This document shows, piece by piece, positions 18,661-27,299 of a DNA stretch of 64,000 bases. This stretch comes from Bacilli bacterium (lineage in GTDB: Bacteria > Bacillota_I > Bacilli_A > RFN20 > CAG-826). Position numbers and translations under genes: made by a program. Numbering within the stretch: the first letter of the stretch is position 1; each line of letters begins with the position of its first letter. The stretch covers positions 96,001 through 160,000 of the forward strand of contig JAZLKX010000052.1 in NCBI GenBank assembly GCA_045597865.1, given 5' to 3'. The notes beneath the pieces were generated by a model. The model made no database searches. It worked only from the letters and a program-made list of their open reading frames with translations, and was not told the DNA's origin.

Positions 18661-19758
18661 ATGCTCATTAACGAAGGCGGAAACGCTAAGACAAAGAATG
18701 GCGATGAGACATCTAAAGTCAATATCGCCGAAATGGATGAAAGAACCTATAACTCTTATCGCAATGACATTGTGAAACTTGTTAAGGCTATCGCCGCTGC
18801 ATTCAATAAGGCAACTGGTGAAAAGCTCTTCCCGAATGAATCTGCTATTGATACTTATCAGGTATTCTCTGGTTCGGGCAACGCATTTTTCAAGCGTGAC
18901 TATGCGGAATATACCAAGGTAAAGCCTAAGCTCGGCGACATTGACGTTCAGGTTGACGCCGCTAAGCGTCAAGCAATCATTGACTTCCTGAAGTCCAGCG
19001 AAGGCGCTAAGTGGAACGGTTTCACATATCTCGGCTCTATGTTCACGGGCGATGTGTACAACATCTTCAAGGCTCCGGCTAAGTACAATCCGCAGGCAAC
19101 CAACATTCAAATTGACTTTGAGTTCGTTGACTTTGACGAGAATGGCAACCCGGACGAGTTTGACACTTACGTCAAGAATTCCGAATGGGAAGACATGAGC
19201 CAGGGTATCAAGGGCTTGGCAAAGCAGATTATCATTTCCACGCTGTATAAGGTAATCTATGCTCGTCAGGGCGTTCTTTTCCAGAATAAGAAGGATTTGC
19301 CTTCCAAGAATCAGGGTGACGGTAACTTCCCGACTAAGTCATTCGGTTTCAAGGGAACCCGCAGCAAGTATGCTCCTGTACTTGACGCTGATGGAAAACA
19401 GGTGATGCATGATGGCAAGCCTGCTGTTCGTGAACTCTCAGTTGATGCTACTGGAACTGAAAAATCAGTCGCTAAGGTCTTCCAGGACATCTTTGGCAAG
19501 GAACCGTCTGTCAAGGAAAAGCAGATGATCTATTCTTACACCGGTGTGCTTGCGCTGATGAAGAAATACCTCAACAAGGCAACTATTCAGAAGATCTTTG
19601 ATGCGTACAGAAAGGATCTTGACGAGAAGGGTGGTGGCGAACCTGAGGTTATTGAACCGATTCTGAATAAGTTCAAGGCGGTGTTCCCGTACGTCATTAA
19701 CAAGGATGAAGCTTCTGCTTGGGAGCTTTACATCAATAAGCAGCTCATTGAAGGGTAA
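18661..19758 (+). CDS. Pol-beta-superfamily nucleotidyltransferase, probably capsid-internal
   Basis: SGSG..GDIDV..IQIDF; N-terminal MLINE/GGNA; AATAAATA upstream. Confidence 0.7.
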   Translation: MLINEGGNAKTKNGDETSKVNIAEMDERTYNSYRNDIVKLVKAIAAAFNKATGEKLFPNESAIDTYQVFSGSGNAFFKRDYAEYTKVKPKLGDIDVQVDAAKRQAIIDFLKSSEGAKWNGFTYLGSMFTGDVYNIFKAPAKYNPQATNIQIDFEFVDFDENGNPDEFDTYVKNSEWEDMSQGIKGLAKQIIISTLYKVIYARQGVLFQNKKDLPSKNQGDGNFPTKSFGFKGTRSKYAPVLDADGKQVMHDGKPAVRELSVDATGTEKSVAKVFQDIFGKEPSVKEKQMIYSYTGVLALMKKYLNKATIQKIFDAYRKDLDEKGGGEPEVIEPILNKFKAVFPYVINKDEASAWELYINKQLIEG

Positions 19759-19760
19759 TC

Positions 19761-21464
19761 ATGCCTATCATTCATAAGACAATTATCGGCGACAAGCCGA
19801 ACAAGCCTAATTACGGTCAGAAGATCATAATCCGCCGTTATACATTCAACGCCGACAATAAACCGCTCGGCGTTGTGTATGGCTGTTTCTCGCCTTTCAC
19901 AGGAAAGAACGGTCATGGCCGTTTGCTATCCGAAGCTCGTAAGCAAGGCATTGAAGAATTCGTCATCTGCTCTCCGAATAAGAAGGAGACGCTTGACAGT
20001 GACCGCAATATGTTTACCCTCCAGCAGAAGGTTGAAATCGCTAAGAAAGGCTGCGAAGATATCGGTTATGATGTTTTGGACGCATTCATTTCAGCAAGCA
20101 ACAACTACCTCGCTGCATTAACCGACATCGCTGAAAAATGGCAAGACCGCCGTATCGTTCTGATCTGTGGTCCTGACCGTATTCCTGTCTATGGAAAGAC
20201 CTGCGATGTATACGACCCGTCAAATGACGCTGAGGGCCAGGAATGCAATTTCGAGTTCATCGGTATTCCTGACAGAGGTGACGGTGGCGTCTCCGGCACC
20301 TATGTCCGTGAATGTATCAGAAACAATGACGCTGAAGGCTTCTGCCAGATGACAGGCTACTCCCCGAAGATGTGGGCACTTTGCCGTGGCATGGCAGAAA
20401 AGAACGGTACCCTTGATGAATCTCGGTTCTTCCTTGATTACAAGCTACTTGAGGCTATGGAAGCTACTGCACGTAAAGGTATACAGCATCTTTACAACCC
20501 AGGCAATTCAATGGAACTTGGCCAAGCTGATTTTATTGACCTGCTTGACTACCTTCAGAAGCAAGGCAAGCTTATCAATGGTAAGAACTTCTCATTGACA
20601 GAAAAATCTGACGGTGCTGCATTCCGTATGGGCATTGATGATGAAGGCCAGTTCTTTATTGAACAGTCTTACTCTGGACCGATCTATGACTCTGACACAC
20701 TTCGTTCTAAGTATGAGCAGAAGTATGGCCGCTCAATCCGCCTTGGCCGTGGCTGGGCAAACATGATGGACAAGCTAAAGGCTGACCGTAAGACGCAGGC
20801 CTGCCTCAAGAAGGTCTATGAAAAGTTTGGTGCATTTAAGATCAACGCCGAAATCTTCATCTCAGAACTTGGCATGGAAGATGGTGAAGGCAACATGACA
20901 TTCGTTGCTTCTAGATACAGCAAGGACAAGATTGGCAAGGACGGAACCATCGTTATGTTCATGGTCGCTGGGCCTGATGGCAAGCCGCTTGACGCTTCCA
21001 ATCGTATCATCAAGTTCATGATTAAGAACGGCACATCTGAATCTATCAAGTATGATGACGCTGAACTTAACACCGAACAGAAGATTGAACTTGACCTTGG
21101 ACCGACCATTAAGCAGATCAAGAACAACCTCAAGGAACTAGAGGAAACATTGCCTGGCAGCATTAAAGAAATCCTTGCCAATACTTCTCGTAAGAAGGAC
21201 GACCTTGCCCTTAAGAAACAGGTTAAGCAAGCAGTTGAGGAACAACAAGGCATTCTGAATGCTGTATTTGAGAAACAGCTTGAACATTATGAAGGTAAGT
21301 GGGGTCCTGACTACGAAGGTGTCGTTATTAAGTTGAAAGACGGAACGATGCTGAAGATTACCTCAAAGAAGTTCAAAGAGTTCAAGGCGTCACATGATGA
21401 TTCTATGCAGCATTTCCTATTTGATGAATCATTTAAGCGTGACTTCATCAATTACTTGCGCTAA
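19761..21464 (+). CDS. HIGH-type cytidylyltransferase-like domain fused to an ATP-dependent (RNA) ligase-like domain
   Basis: N: GCFSPFT..GH, CGPDR, VSGTYVR; C: TEKSDG (KxDG), AEIF, EGVVIK, MLKI; linker LDES/LLEA. Confidence 0.75.
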   Translation: MPIIHKTIIGDKPNKPNYGQKIIIRRYTFNADNKPLGVVYGCFSPFTGKNGHGRLLSEARKQGIEEFVICSPNKKETLDSDRNMFTLQQKVEIAKKGCEDIGYDVLDAFISASNNYLAALTDIAEKWQDRRIVLICGPDRIPVYGKTCDVYDPSNDAEGQECNFEFIGIPDRGDGGVSGTYVRECIRNNDAEGFCQMTGYSPKMWALCRGMAEKNGTLDESRFFLDYKLLEAMEATARKGIQHLYNPGNSMELGQADFIDLLDYLQKQGKLINGKNFSLTEKSDGAAFRMGIDDEGQFFIEQSYSGPIYDSDTLRSKYEQKYGRSIRLGRGWANMMDKLKADRKTQACLKKVYEKFGAFKINAEIFISELGMEDGEGNMTFVASRYSKDKIGKDGTIVMFMVAGPDGKPLDASNRIIKFMIKNGTSESIKYDDAELNTEQKIELDLGPTIKQIKNNLKELEETLPGSIKEILANTSRKKDDLALKKQVKQAVEEQQGILNAVFEKQLEHYEGKWGPDYEGVVIKLKDGTMLKITSKKFKEFKASHDDSMQHFLFDESFKRDFINYLR

Positions 21465-21531
21465 CTTTTGCTAATCTGGAGGGTTCAATGAACACCCATT
21501 TTAGTATAAATAAACAGTAAAGGAGATTTCT

Positions 21532-23229
21532 ATGGCTCAAGAAAAATTTATCAAGTGGCTTAATGAAAACATGCCAAGCATTGGACGGTTTACATTGAAT
21601 GAAGGCAGCGGTTCAATTCCTGGCACAAAGGGAAAGCTAGAAGCCAAGGCAAAGTATCTTAAACAGATCGCTGACGCGGTTGGTATCAATGGCAAGATTC
21701 CTACTGAAACTGAAGCATCTGAGATTCTTATGGCTGGTAAAGTTAATGACATTCCTGTATTCTTCAAGGATACCAACGGCACATTGAACGTAACTCGTTC
21801 AAAGATTGATTCTGTTGCATCAGCTTTGACAAAGAAGGGCATGAACTGCGAGGTACTTAAAGACGCCCTGCTTATTAAGTTTGAAGACGGACAGTCTACA
21901 TCAATGAGATTTTCAAGTAAATCTGTCGCTAAAAAATCTCAGGGTGAAGAAACTGTTGTTGGTAAGTACTTCACATCTCAGAATTTCGTGACTGCTGTTC
22001 AGGAATCTGTTACTGCTGGCATTCTTCAGCTCATGGCATCTAAGCACAAGATTGGCGAAGTCACACTACCAGATTTCATTAAGAACATGATTGGTGGTGA
22101 AAAGGCTGAAAAGAAGCTTTCCAAGTTTCAGAAATGGCTGCTTGCATCTAATCCCGCAACCGATGAAGGTATCTGCCGTTACATTGACTGTGGAGTAGAT
22201 CCAGCTGACGCTGAACAGTGGCAGCGAGAATGGGTAGCATTCCTAATCAATGGTCAGTCCGCAGGTGACCGCTGGATAACCGCATTCAACAATCTTTACA
22301 ACAGTTCTATCCTTGGCGAAATTGCATCCGTGTTCAAGAACGGCGTATCAAACTGGTCCGCAGCTCGTTTCATGCATTTCTTCACTAAGACTGGTGCTAA
22401 AACATATCATGGTAGCTGGCTTGAAAATTATCTTGTGAACGACCGTTGCGGTATGAAAAAGGATACAGTTGATAAGACCGATATCATTCTTTGTTTCAAT
22501 GAAACAAAGGCTAAGCAAGCCGTCGCTGCACTTTTTGCTCAGGACGACCGCCAGGAATACTTCAGGCTAATGAATCAGTTCATCAATGACAAGGACTTCA
22601 TTGGTATCTCCCTGAAGAAGGTTGGTTCATCCGTTAACCTAGCAGCAGTAAACTTCAAAACAGGATCTACTGCTATCGGGCAAAATATCTCTGATAAAAA
22701 GAAAATTTGCTTGAAGTTTGAAGATATTGGGTCTAATAACAATACCTTTGACATTAAGAATGCAAAGATCGCAAACCCATCGCTTACTGATGACAAAGGT
22801 AAGTATAAGGTGTCTTACATTATCCAGATTAAGTTCAATAAAGGACATGGACATGATATTCACCAGAGCGATGTTGACATTTTGAACATCAACGTAAGAA
22901 GCGGCAATAGCTCTCACAAGAGCGTTGTGATTGAAGGTGCTATCACTAATGCTAAGGCACAGCTTGGTAAGATGAGTACATTCGTTAAGGATGTACTTAA
23001 GTATGACGCTACTGCTGACTATACTCGCCGCGTTGATGCACGAAGCACACCTGAAGAAGTTGCTGCTGCATATCTTGCAGTCGCTAAGAACTTCCTTGCT
23101 TTGATTAAGGCTAATGAAGAAGGCTTCTACCGAATACTTGCTGGCGGTATTGCATACCCAGTTCAGCTTGGTAAAGCAGAAGATGACAACTTTATCATTG
23201 AGTCCGCGCCGTACATCAAGATCTACTAA
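21532..23229 (+). CDS. putative PD-(D/E)XK-like nuclease-fold protein, probably capsid-internal
   Basis: DKTDII...IGISLKK; N-terminal LNE motifs; TATAAATA at ~21504. Confidence 0.5.
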   Translation: MAQEKFIKWLNENMPSIGRFTLNEGSGSIPGTKGKLEAKAKYLKQIADAVGINGKIPTETEASEILMAGKVNDIPVFFKDTNGTLNVTRSKIDSVASALTKKGMNCEVLKDALLIKFEDGQSTSMRFSSKSVAKKSQGEETVVGKYFTSQNFVTAVQESVTAGILQLMASKHKIGEVTLPDFIKNMIGGEKAEKKLSKFQKWLLASNPATDEGICRYIDCGVDPADAEQWQREWVAFLINGQSAGDRWITAFNNLYNSSILGEIASVFKNGVSNWSAARFMHFFTKTGAKTYHGSWLENYLVNDRCGMKKDTVDKTDIILCFNETKAKQAVAALFAQDDRQEYFRLMNQFINDKDFIGISLKKVGSSVNLAAVNFKTGSTAIGQNISDKKKICLKFEDIGSNNNTFDIKNAKIANPSLTDDKGKYKVSYIIQIKFNKGHGHDIHQSDVDILNINVRSGNSSHKSVVIEGAITNAKAQLGKMSTFVKDVLKYDATADYTRRVDARSTPEEVAAAYLAVAKNFLALIKANEEGFYRILAGGIAYPVQLGKAEDDNFIIESAPYIKIY

Positions 23230-23250
23230 TCACATTGGAAAATTTTCAAG

Positions 23251-23288
23251 AGGCGGGCGAAAGCTCGCCTTTTTTTTGTTATATTTTA
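23251..23288 (+). terminator. intrinsic terminator plus TTATATTT motif
   Basis: AGGCGGGC-GAAA-GCTCGCCT, T-run. Confidence 0.85.
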
Positions 23289-23312
23289 ACTATATGAAAA
23301 AGGAATTAGACT

Positions 23313-24116
23313 ATGAACATTCATGAAGAATTATGGCACGCATTTAACGACATTTCATTTGAAGAAACACAGCATAAGTACACCGACTCCCTAGGAACTA
23401 TCTATAATTCGGCTACTGGATGGATTCATAAGTTCTCGCCTGAAAAGGACTGGGACGCCATTCGTGCTAAAGCTGCTTTAAAGAAAATCAAGGCTGAAAA
23501 AGGCTCAAGCCATGTTCCTTCCGCTGAAGAACTCGCTATTAAGTCAGAAGAGCTTAGGGTTGAATGGGCCAAGAGTGGTGATTATGCGTGTAACCTTGGA
23601 ACTCAGATTCATTCTGTGATGGAAAATTTATGGTATAAGAAAGACTACCATTTTGACTCAAGACTTGATGAAGAATTTCCTGAAATGCGTGCTGATTTTG
23701 ATTACCGCAAAATGCGCTGCATTGAATTATTTAAGAAGATGAAGCGTATCTATGCGCCTGTCGCAAATGAATTTATTGTGTACGACCAGCCGCATGGCAT
23801 CTGCGGAACCATTGACTTCCTTGCATACAACACAAAGACAGGTAAGTATGCAATTATTGACTGGAAGACAAGTAAGAAATTTGAAGTAGGCAATAATTTC
23901 AATGAATATTTGAAGGCGCCGTTTGATGATGTTGAGTCATGCAACACAGCGGAATACTCGTTGCAGTTAAGCCTTTATAAGTACATGTTGGAGAAACATA
24001 CATCCATTCGTATTGATGAAATGCTACTGTTTCAGATTCCTGGAAAAGAAACAGCTATGCCTCAGGTATTTCGTTGTTATGATTTTTCTGACCGAATTGC
24101 TAAGCTACTTCAATAG
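23313..24116 (+). CDS. PD-(D/E)XK (RecB/Cas4-like) exonuclease
   Basis: GTQIH, E, GTID, IIDWKT, QLSLY. Confidence 0.85.
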   Translation: MNIHEELWHAFNDISFEETQHKYTDSLGTIYNSATGWIHKFSPEKDWDAIRAKAALKKIKAEKGSSHVPSAEELAIKSEELRVEWAKSGDYACNLGTQIHSVMENLWYKKDYHFDSRLDEEFPEMRADFDYRKMRCIELFKKMKRIYAPVANEFIVYDQPHGICGTIDFLAYNTKTGKYAIIDWKTSKKFEVGNNFNEYLKAPFDDVESCNTAEYSLQLSLYKYMLEKHTSIRIDEMLLFQIPGKETAMPQVFRCYDFSDRIAKLLQ

Positions 24117-24128
24117 AAAAATCTTTAG

Positions 24129-24167
24129 GCGTTGACTATTTACAGTCAACGCTTTTTTAATTAAATT
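24129..24167 (+). promoter_or_regulatory. terminator hairpin carrying a -35 box; sigma70-like promoter
   Basis: GCGTTGACT/AGTCAACGC stem; TTTACA 24139-24144, 17 bp, TAAATT 24162-24167. Confidence 0.7.
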
Positions 24168-24173
24168 TGTAAT

Positions 24174-24631
24174 ATGATACACCACTACTGCGAAAACATT
24201 ACTGAGCTTATTAACCGAACTGATCCGTTGCCACCTTCCGAATACGCTGAAATAAAGTTGTTTCTGTATATTAAGCGTCCAACGTCTCCAACGGATCTTG
24301 ATTTTACATGTATCATTGAACGTGAACTTGATAAAGTTCTGATTAGTGGTATTAGAAGCTGCATAGAATATCTTAGCCACCCGCCGAGGGAACTATTGTT
24401 CCGTCTAGAATCATCACAGCCATCATTAACAATTTAAGCAATGCGCTTGCCAAAGCAAACACTAGTAAAAGATGGGCAAATGATATAGACCGTTGTGTTA
24501 AGTACTTATATATTCAATACGGTCAACACGATGTTGAACCTATTATTCAGCGTGAAATAGCTTTATTCACAAAAGATTTAAACAAAAGTAAAATCCTTGA
24601 AGATGAAATGAACATCAAAGGAATCCAATAA
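24174..24631 (+). pseudogene. frameshifted hypothetical gene
   Basis: ORF 24174 overlaps an 84-codon -1 frame with no early start codon (24377-24631) that ends right at the next gene's RBS. Confidence 0.55.
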
Positions 24632-24643
24632 GGAGACATAAAT

Positions 24644-25099
24644 ATGGCATCAGAAAACTACAACATTCTTCAATACACACTTGGTGATCCGTCTGATGAT
24701 GGCCACGGTAAAACATCCAGCGGTTACATTCGCGTAAATCACACAAACGAAGAACTGGCCGAAGCAATGAAAAAGTTTGTTGCTGCGACTGGTTGTGACT
24801 GGGAACAGTGGGTTAGCGATTATGAAGAATCTACCATTCCGCCTGAAGATACCGAAAAGATCTCTCAGTACCTCAATGACAAGACTTTGCAAGATTTTGA
24901 GGTATATGATGCCGATGAATACTATGATGAAGACGAATGCAAGGAAGGTGACCGCTGCATCTATCTTGATACAGACACTTACATCGATTTGTTGATGAAG
25001 ATCTGTAAGGTTGCTTTGCCTGACCTTGATTGGGGCTGGCATTCACCAAAATCTAAACAGGCATTCTTTGACGGTAAAGGATACGGTCTTTTCTATTAA
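24644..25099 (+). CDS. acidic hypothetical protein
   Basis: AGGAG RBS; GDPSDDGHGK and GYGLF motifs. Confidence 0.75.
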   Translation: MASENYNILQYTLGDPSDDGHGKTSSGYIRVNHTNEELAEAMKKFVAATGCDWEQWVSDYEESTIPPEDTEKISQYLNDKTLQDFEVYDADEYYDEDECKEGDRCIYLDTDTYIDLLMKICKVALPDLDWGWHSPKSKQAFFDGKGYGLFY

Positions 25100-25108
25100 G
25101 GAAACATA

Positions 25109-26107
25109 ATGAGTGAATTAGAAAATTTTGTTGATTATTCAGAACAGAAGCGTGAAGATGTTCTGTTAATTGACACAAACAATTTAAGCATGCGCTGTCT
25201 TTTTGCTCTTGCTTATGATCCGACTGATACGAACTTTAATATGTTCAAGTCAGCCTTCTTAGGATCATTGAAGAAGGCAATTAAACAGTTCAAGCCTAAT
25301 AAGGTTATCTTTTGTCAGGAAGGATTCCATAACTGGCGCCGTGACTTGTTCACTGAATACAAATGCAGCCGTGCTCCAGGTCGTGAAGCTTCTCCGGTTG
25401 ACTTTGATGCGTTCTTCAAGATGAATAATGAATTCTTGGAAGATTTGTCAAATGTAATGCAGAACACATTGTTCTTGCGTGTTGACCATCTTGAAGCAGA
25501 CGATCTTATTGCTTTGATTACAAAGCACATGAAGGAATGGAATATCACGACCATTTCAACTGATAAGGATTTTTATCAGTTGCATAAGTTCAGGAACTTT
25601 AAGCAATGGGATCCTATCAAAAACAAATACATTGAAGTCACTGACCCACACGCTGCATTGATGACGAAGATTATCACAGGCGATAAAAGCGATGATATTC
25701 CTCAGTTGAAAAAAGGCGTTGGTCCAAAGACTGTTGTAAAGATCCTTAATGAGGGTCTTGACGAATGGTTGGCTAAGAATGATCTTAAGGATAAGTTTGA
25801 CCATAACCGTCGTCTTATTGATTTTGAGTTCATTCCAACGGATCTTGCGGCAAACGCCATAAATGCAATTAAGTCATGGGAACAAGGCAAATTCTCAGGT
25901 CGTGAATTTTACAACTTTATCGTAAAGCATGGCATGGGCGTTGAACTTGAAAAGCTTGATGAAACTATTGAAATCTTCAGCAAGATTAAACCGGCCGGCG
26001 CTAAGCCTGCTGTTGAACCAATTGACCCAGAAACTAAAGTACAAGTAAATGCAACGGTTCAGGCACATTTACAATCAACCGATGATTGGTTCAAAGAAAT
26101 CATCTAA
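25109..26107 (+). CDS. rnh: RNase H / 5'-3' flap exonuclease (T4 rnh)
   Basis: LLID, WRR..EYK..R, EADD, STDKDFYQL, GDKSDDIP, GVGPKT. Confidence 0.93.
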   Translation: MSELENFVDYSEQKREDVLLIDTNNLSMRCLFALAYDPTDTNFNMFKSAFLGSLKKAIKQFKPNKVIFCQEGFHNWRRDLFTEYKCSRAPGREASPVDFDAFFKMNNEFLEDLSNVMQNTLFLRVDHLEADDLIALITKHMKEWNITTISTDKDFYQLHKFRNFKQWDPIKNKYIEVTDPHAALMTKIITGDKSDDIPQLKKGVGPKTVVKILNEGLDEWLAKNDLKDKFDHNRRLIDFEFIPTDLAANAINAIKSWEQGKFSGREFYNFIVKHGMGVELEKLDETIEIFSKIKPAGAKPAVEPIDPETKVQVNATVQAHLQSTDDWFKEII

Positions 26108-26148
26108 ACCACAAACAAAGGAAAAATAAAATAGCAAACGAAAACTCT

Positions 26149-26550
26149 ATGGACGATCTTTTCTTGGTTGACTGCGACTTCAACTGGGCAGACGAATTTG
26201 ACCTCGCAGGTTTTGAGATTCTTTCTCGTGGCGCCCTTCTTAACATGAAGGGAGACATGCTGAGGTTGTCTCGTTCCCGCGACTATAATTATGAATATGA
26301 AATCTACTTCGGTACAAATGAAAGCCTTGATTTTTCACCGAGAGATGTCATTCGCATTATTGACAAGGTACTTGAGCAGACACCTATTGCTGAAGATGAT
26401 GCAAAGGTTATTGAACGAGTTATTGGTTCCTGTTGCGCAGTTTGTTCTTTGTCTGAAATTGTAGAACGTATCTGGGAAGAAGCAACTGACAACGGCTTTG
26501 ATGAAGCCGACGAAGAACCAACAGATGAAACGGAGGATGAAGATGAATAA
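26149..26550 (+). CDS. acidic hypothetical protein
   Basis: ORF with NWADEFD and YFGTNE; start uncertain. Confidence 0.6.
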   Translation: MDDLFLVDCDFNWADEFDLAGFEILSRGALLNMKGDMLRLSRSRDYNYEYEIYFGTNESLDFSPRDVIRIIDKVLEQTPIAEDDAKVIERVIGSCCAVCSLSEIVERIWEEATDNGFDEADEEPTDETEDEDE

Positions 26551-26686
26551 GCTGGGAATCTTGATTGGCATTGGACTTATTGTCCTTTTGCTGATTGGCA
26601 ACATTAAGGCTCATGGTAGTTATCGTACGTCACTTGATGCAACAGTAAACAATGATGGTAACGAAGAGGTTGTTGAAGACCGTTAA
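26543..26686 (+). CDS. small membrane/secreted protein
   Basis: GGAGG RBS; N-terminal hydrophobic helix. Confidence 0.55.
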   Translation: MNKLGILIGIGLIVLLLIGNIKAHGSYRTSLDATVNNDGNEEVVEDR

Positions 26687-26694
26687 GGATTATC

Positions 26695-27195
26695 ATGAAA
26701 CTTAAATATAAGAATCTGTATTCATCTGTCCTAGCTGAATATGAGGCTCTTTCAACTTGTGCTCGCTTGCATGTTGCGGCTATCCTAGTAAAGGATGGTC
26801 GCATTCTTTCCGTGGGCTATAACGGCGTACCGAAAGGCCAGTGTCATTGTACTGCCTATTTCAAACAGACAGACGACGGCTATATGATGCGCAGCACTAT
26901 TGGCGCTGAATGGGAATCTGTTTCAGAGGAACTATTTAAGACCGCACATCATAACTTTGCGGAAGAAAGAGAAATTCATGCTGAAATGAACTGCATCGCT
27001 TTCGCACTTAAAAACGGTATCAATGTTGAGGATTGCGAAATGATCTTATCAGTCGCACCTTGCATGAACTGTGCTAAACTTATTGCTGCGTCTGGCATTA
27101 AAAATGTTTCCTACATCAGGAAATATGATAGGTCAATGGAAGGTGAAAACTTCTTAAAACAATGCGGCGTTAACATCACACCAGTTGACAACTAA
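26695..27195 (+). CDS. cd: dCMP deaminase
   Basis: STC.R..V, GYNG, HAEMN, PCMNC. Confidence 0.93.
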   Translation: MKLKYKNLYSSVLAEYEALSTCARLHVAAILVKDGRILSVGYNGVPKGQCHCTAYFKQTDDGYMMRSTIGAEWESVSEELFKTAHHNFAEEREIHAEMNCIAFALKNGINVEDCEMILSVAPCMNCAKLIAASGIKNVSYIRKYDRSMEGENFLKQCGVNITPVDN

Positions 27196-27222
27196 CTTCA
27201 TACTTTGTGAATAAATAAAATT

Positions 27223-27249
27223 GCCAAGGTTAAAAGCCTTGGCTTTTTT
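27223..27249 (+). terminator. intrinsic terminator
   Basis: GCCAAGG/CCTTGGC stem, T-run. Confidence 0.75.
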
Positions 27250-27299
27250 CGTTTGTGGAAAGCATGTAAACTAAAATAAATACTAAAAGGAGATGCAAT

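Noticed and set aside
23313-24116. Cas4 indicating a CRISPR system
   Set aside because: No Fe-S cysteine cluster, cas neighbours or array; it looks like an ordinary phage PD-(D/E)XK exonuclease.
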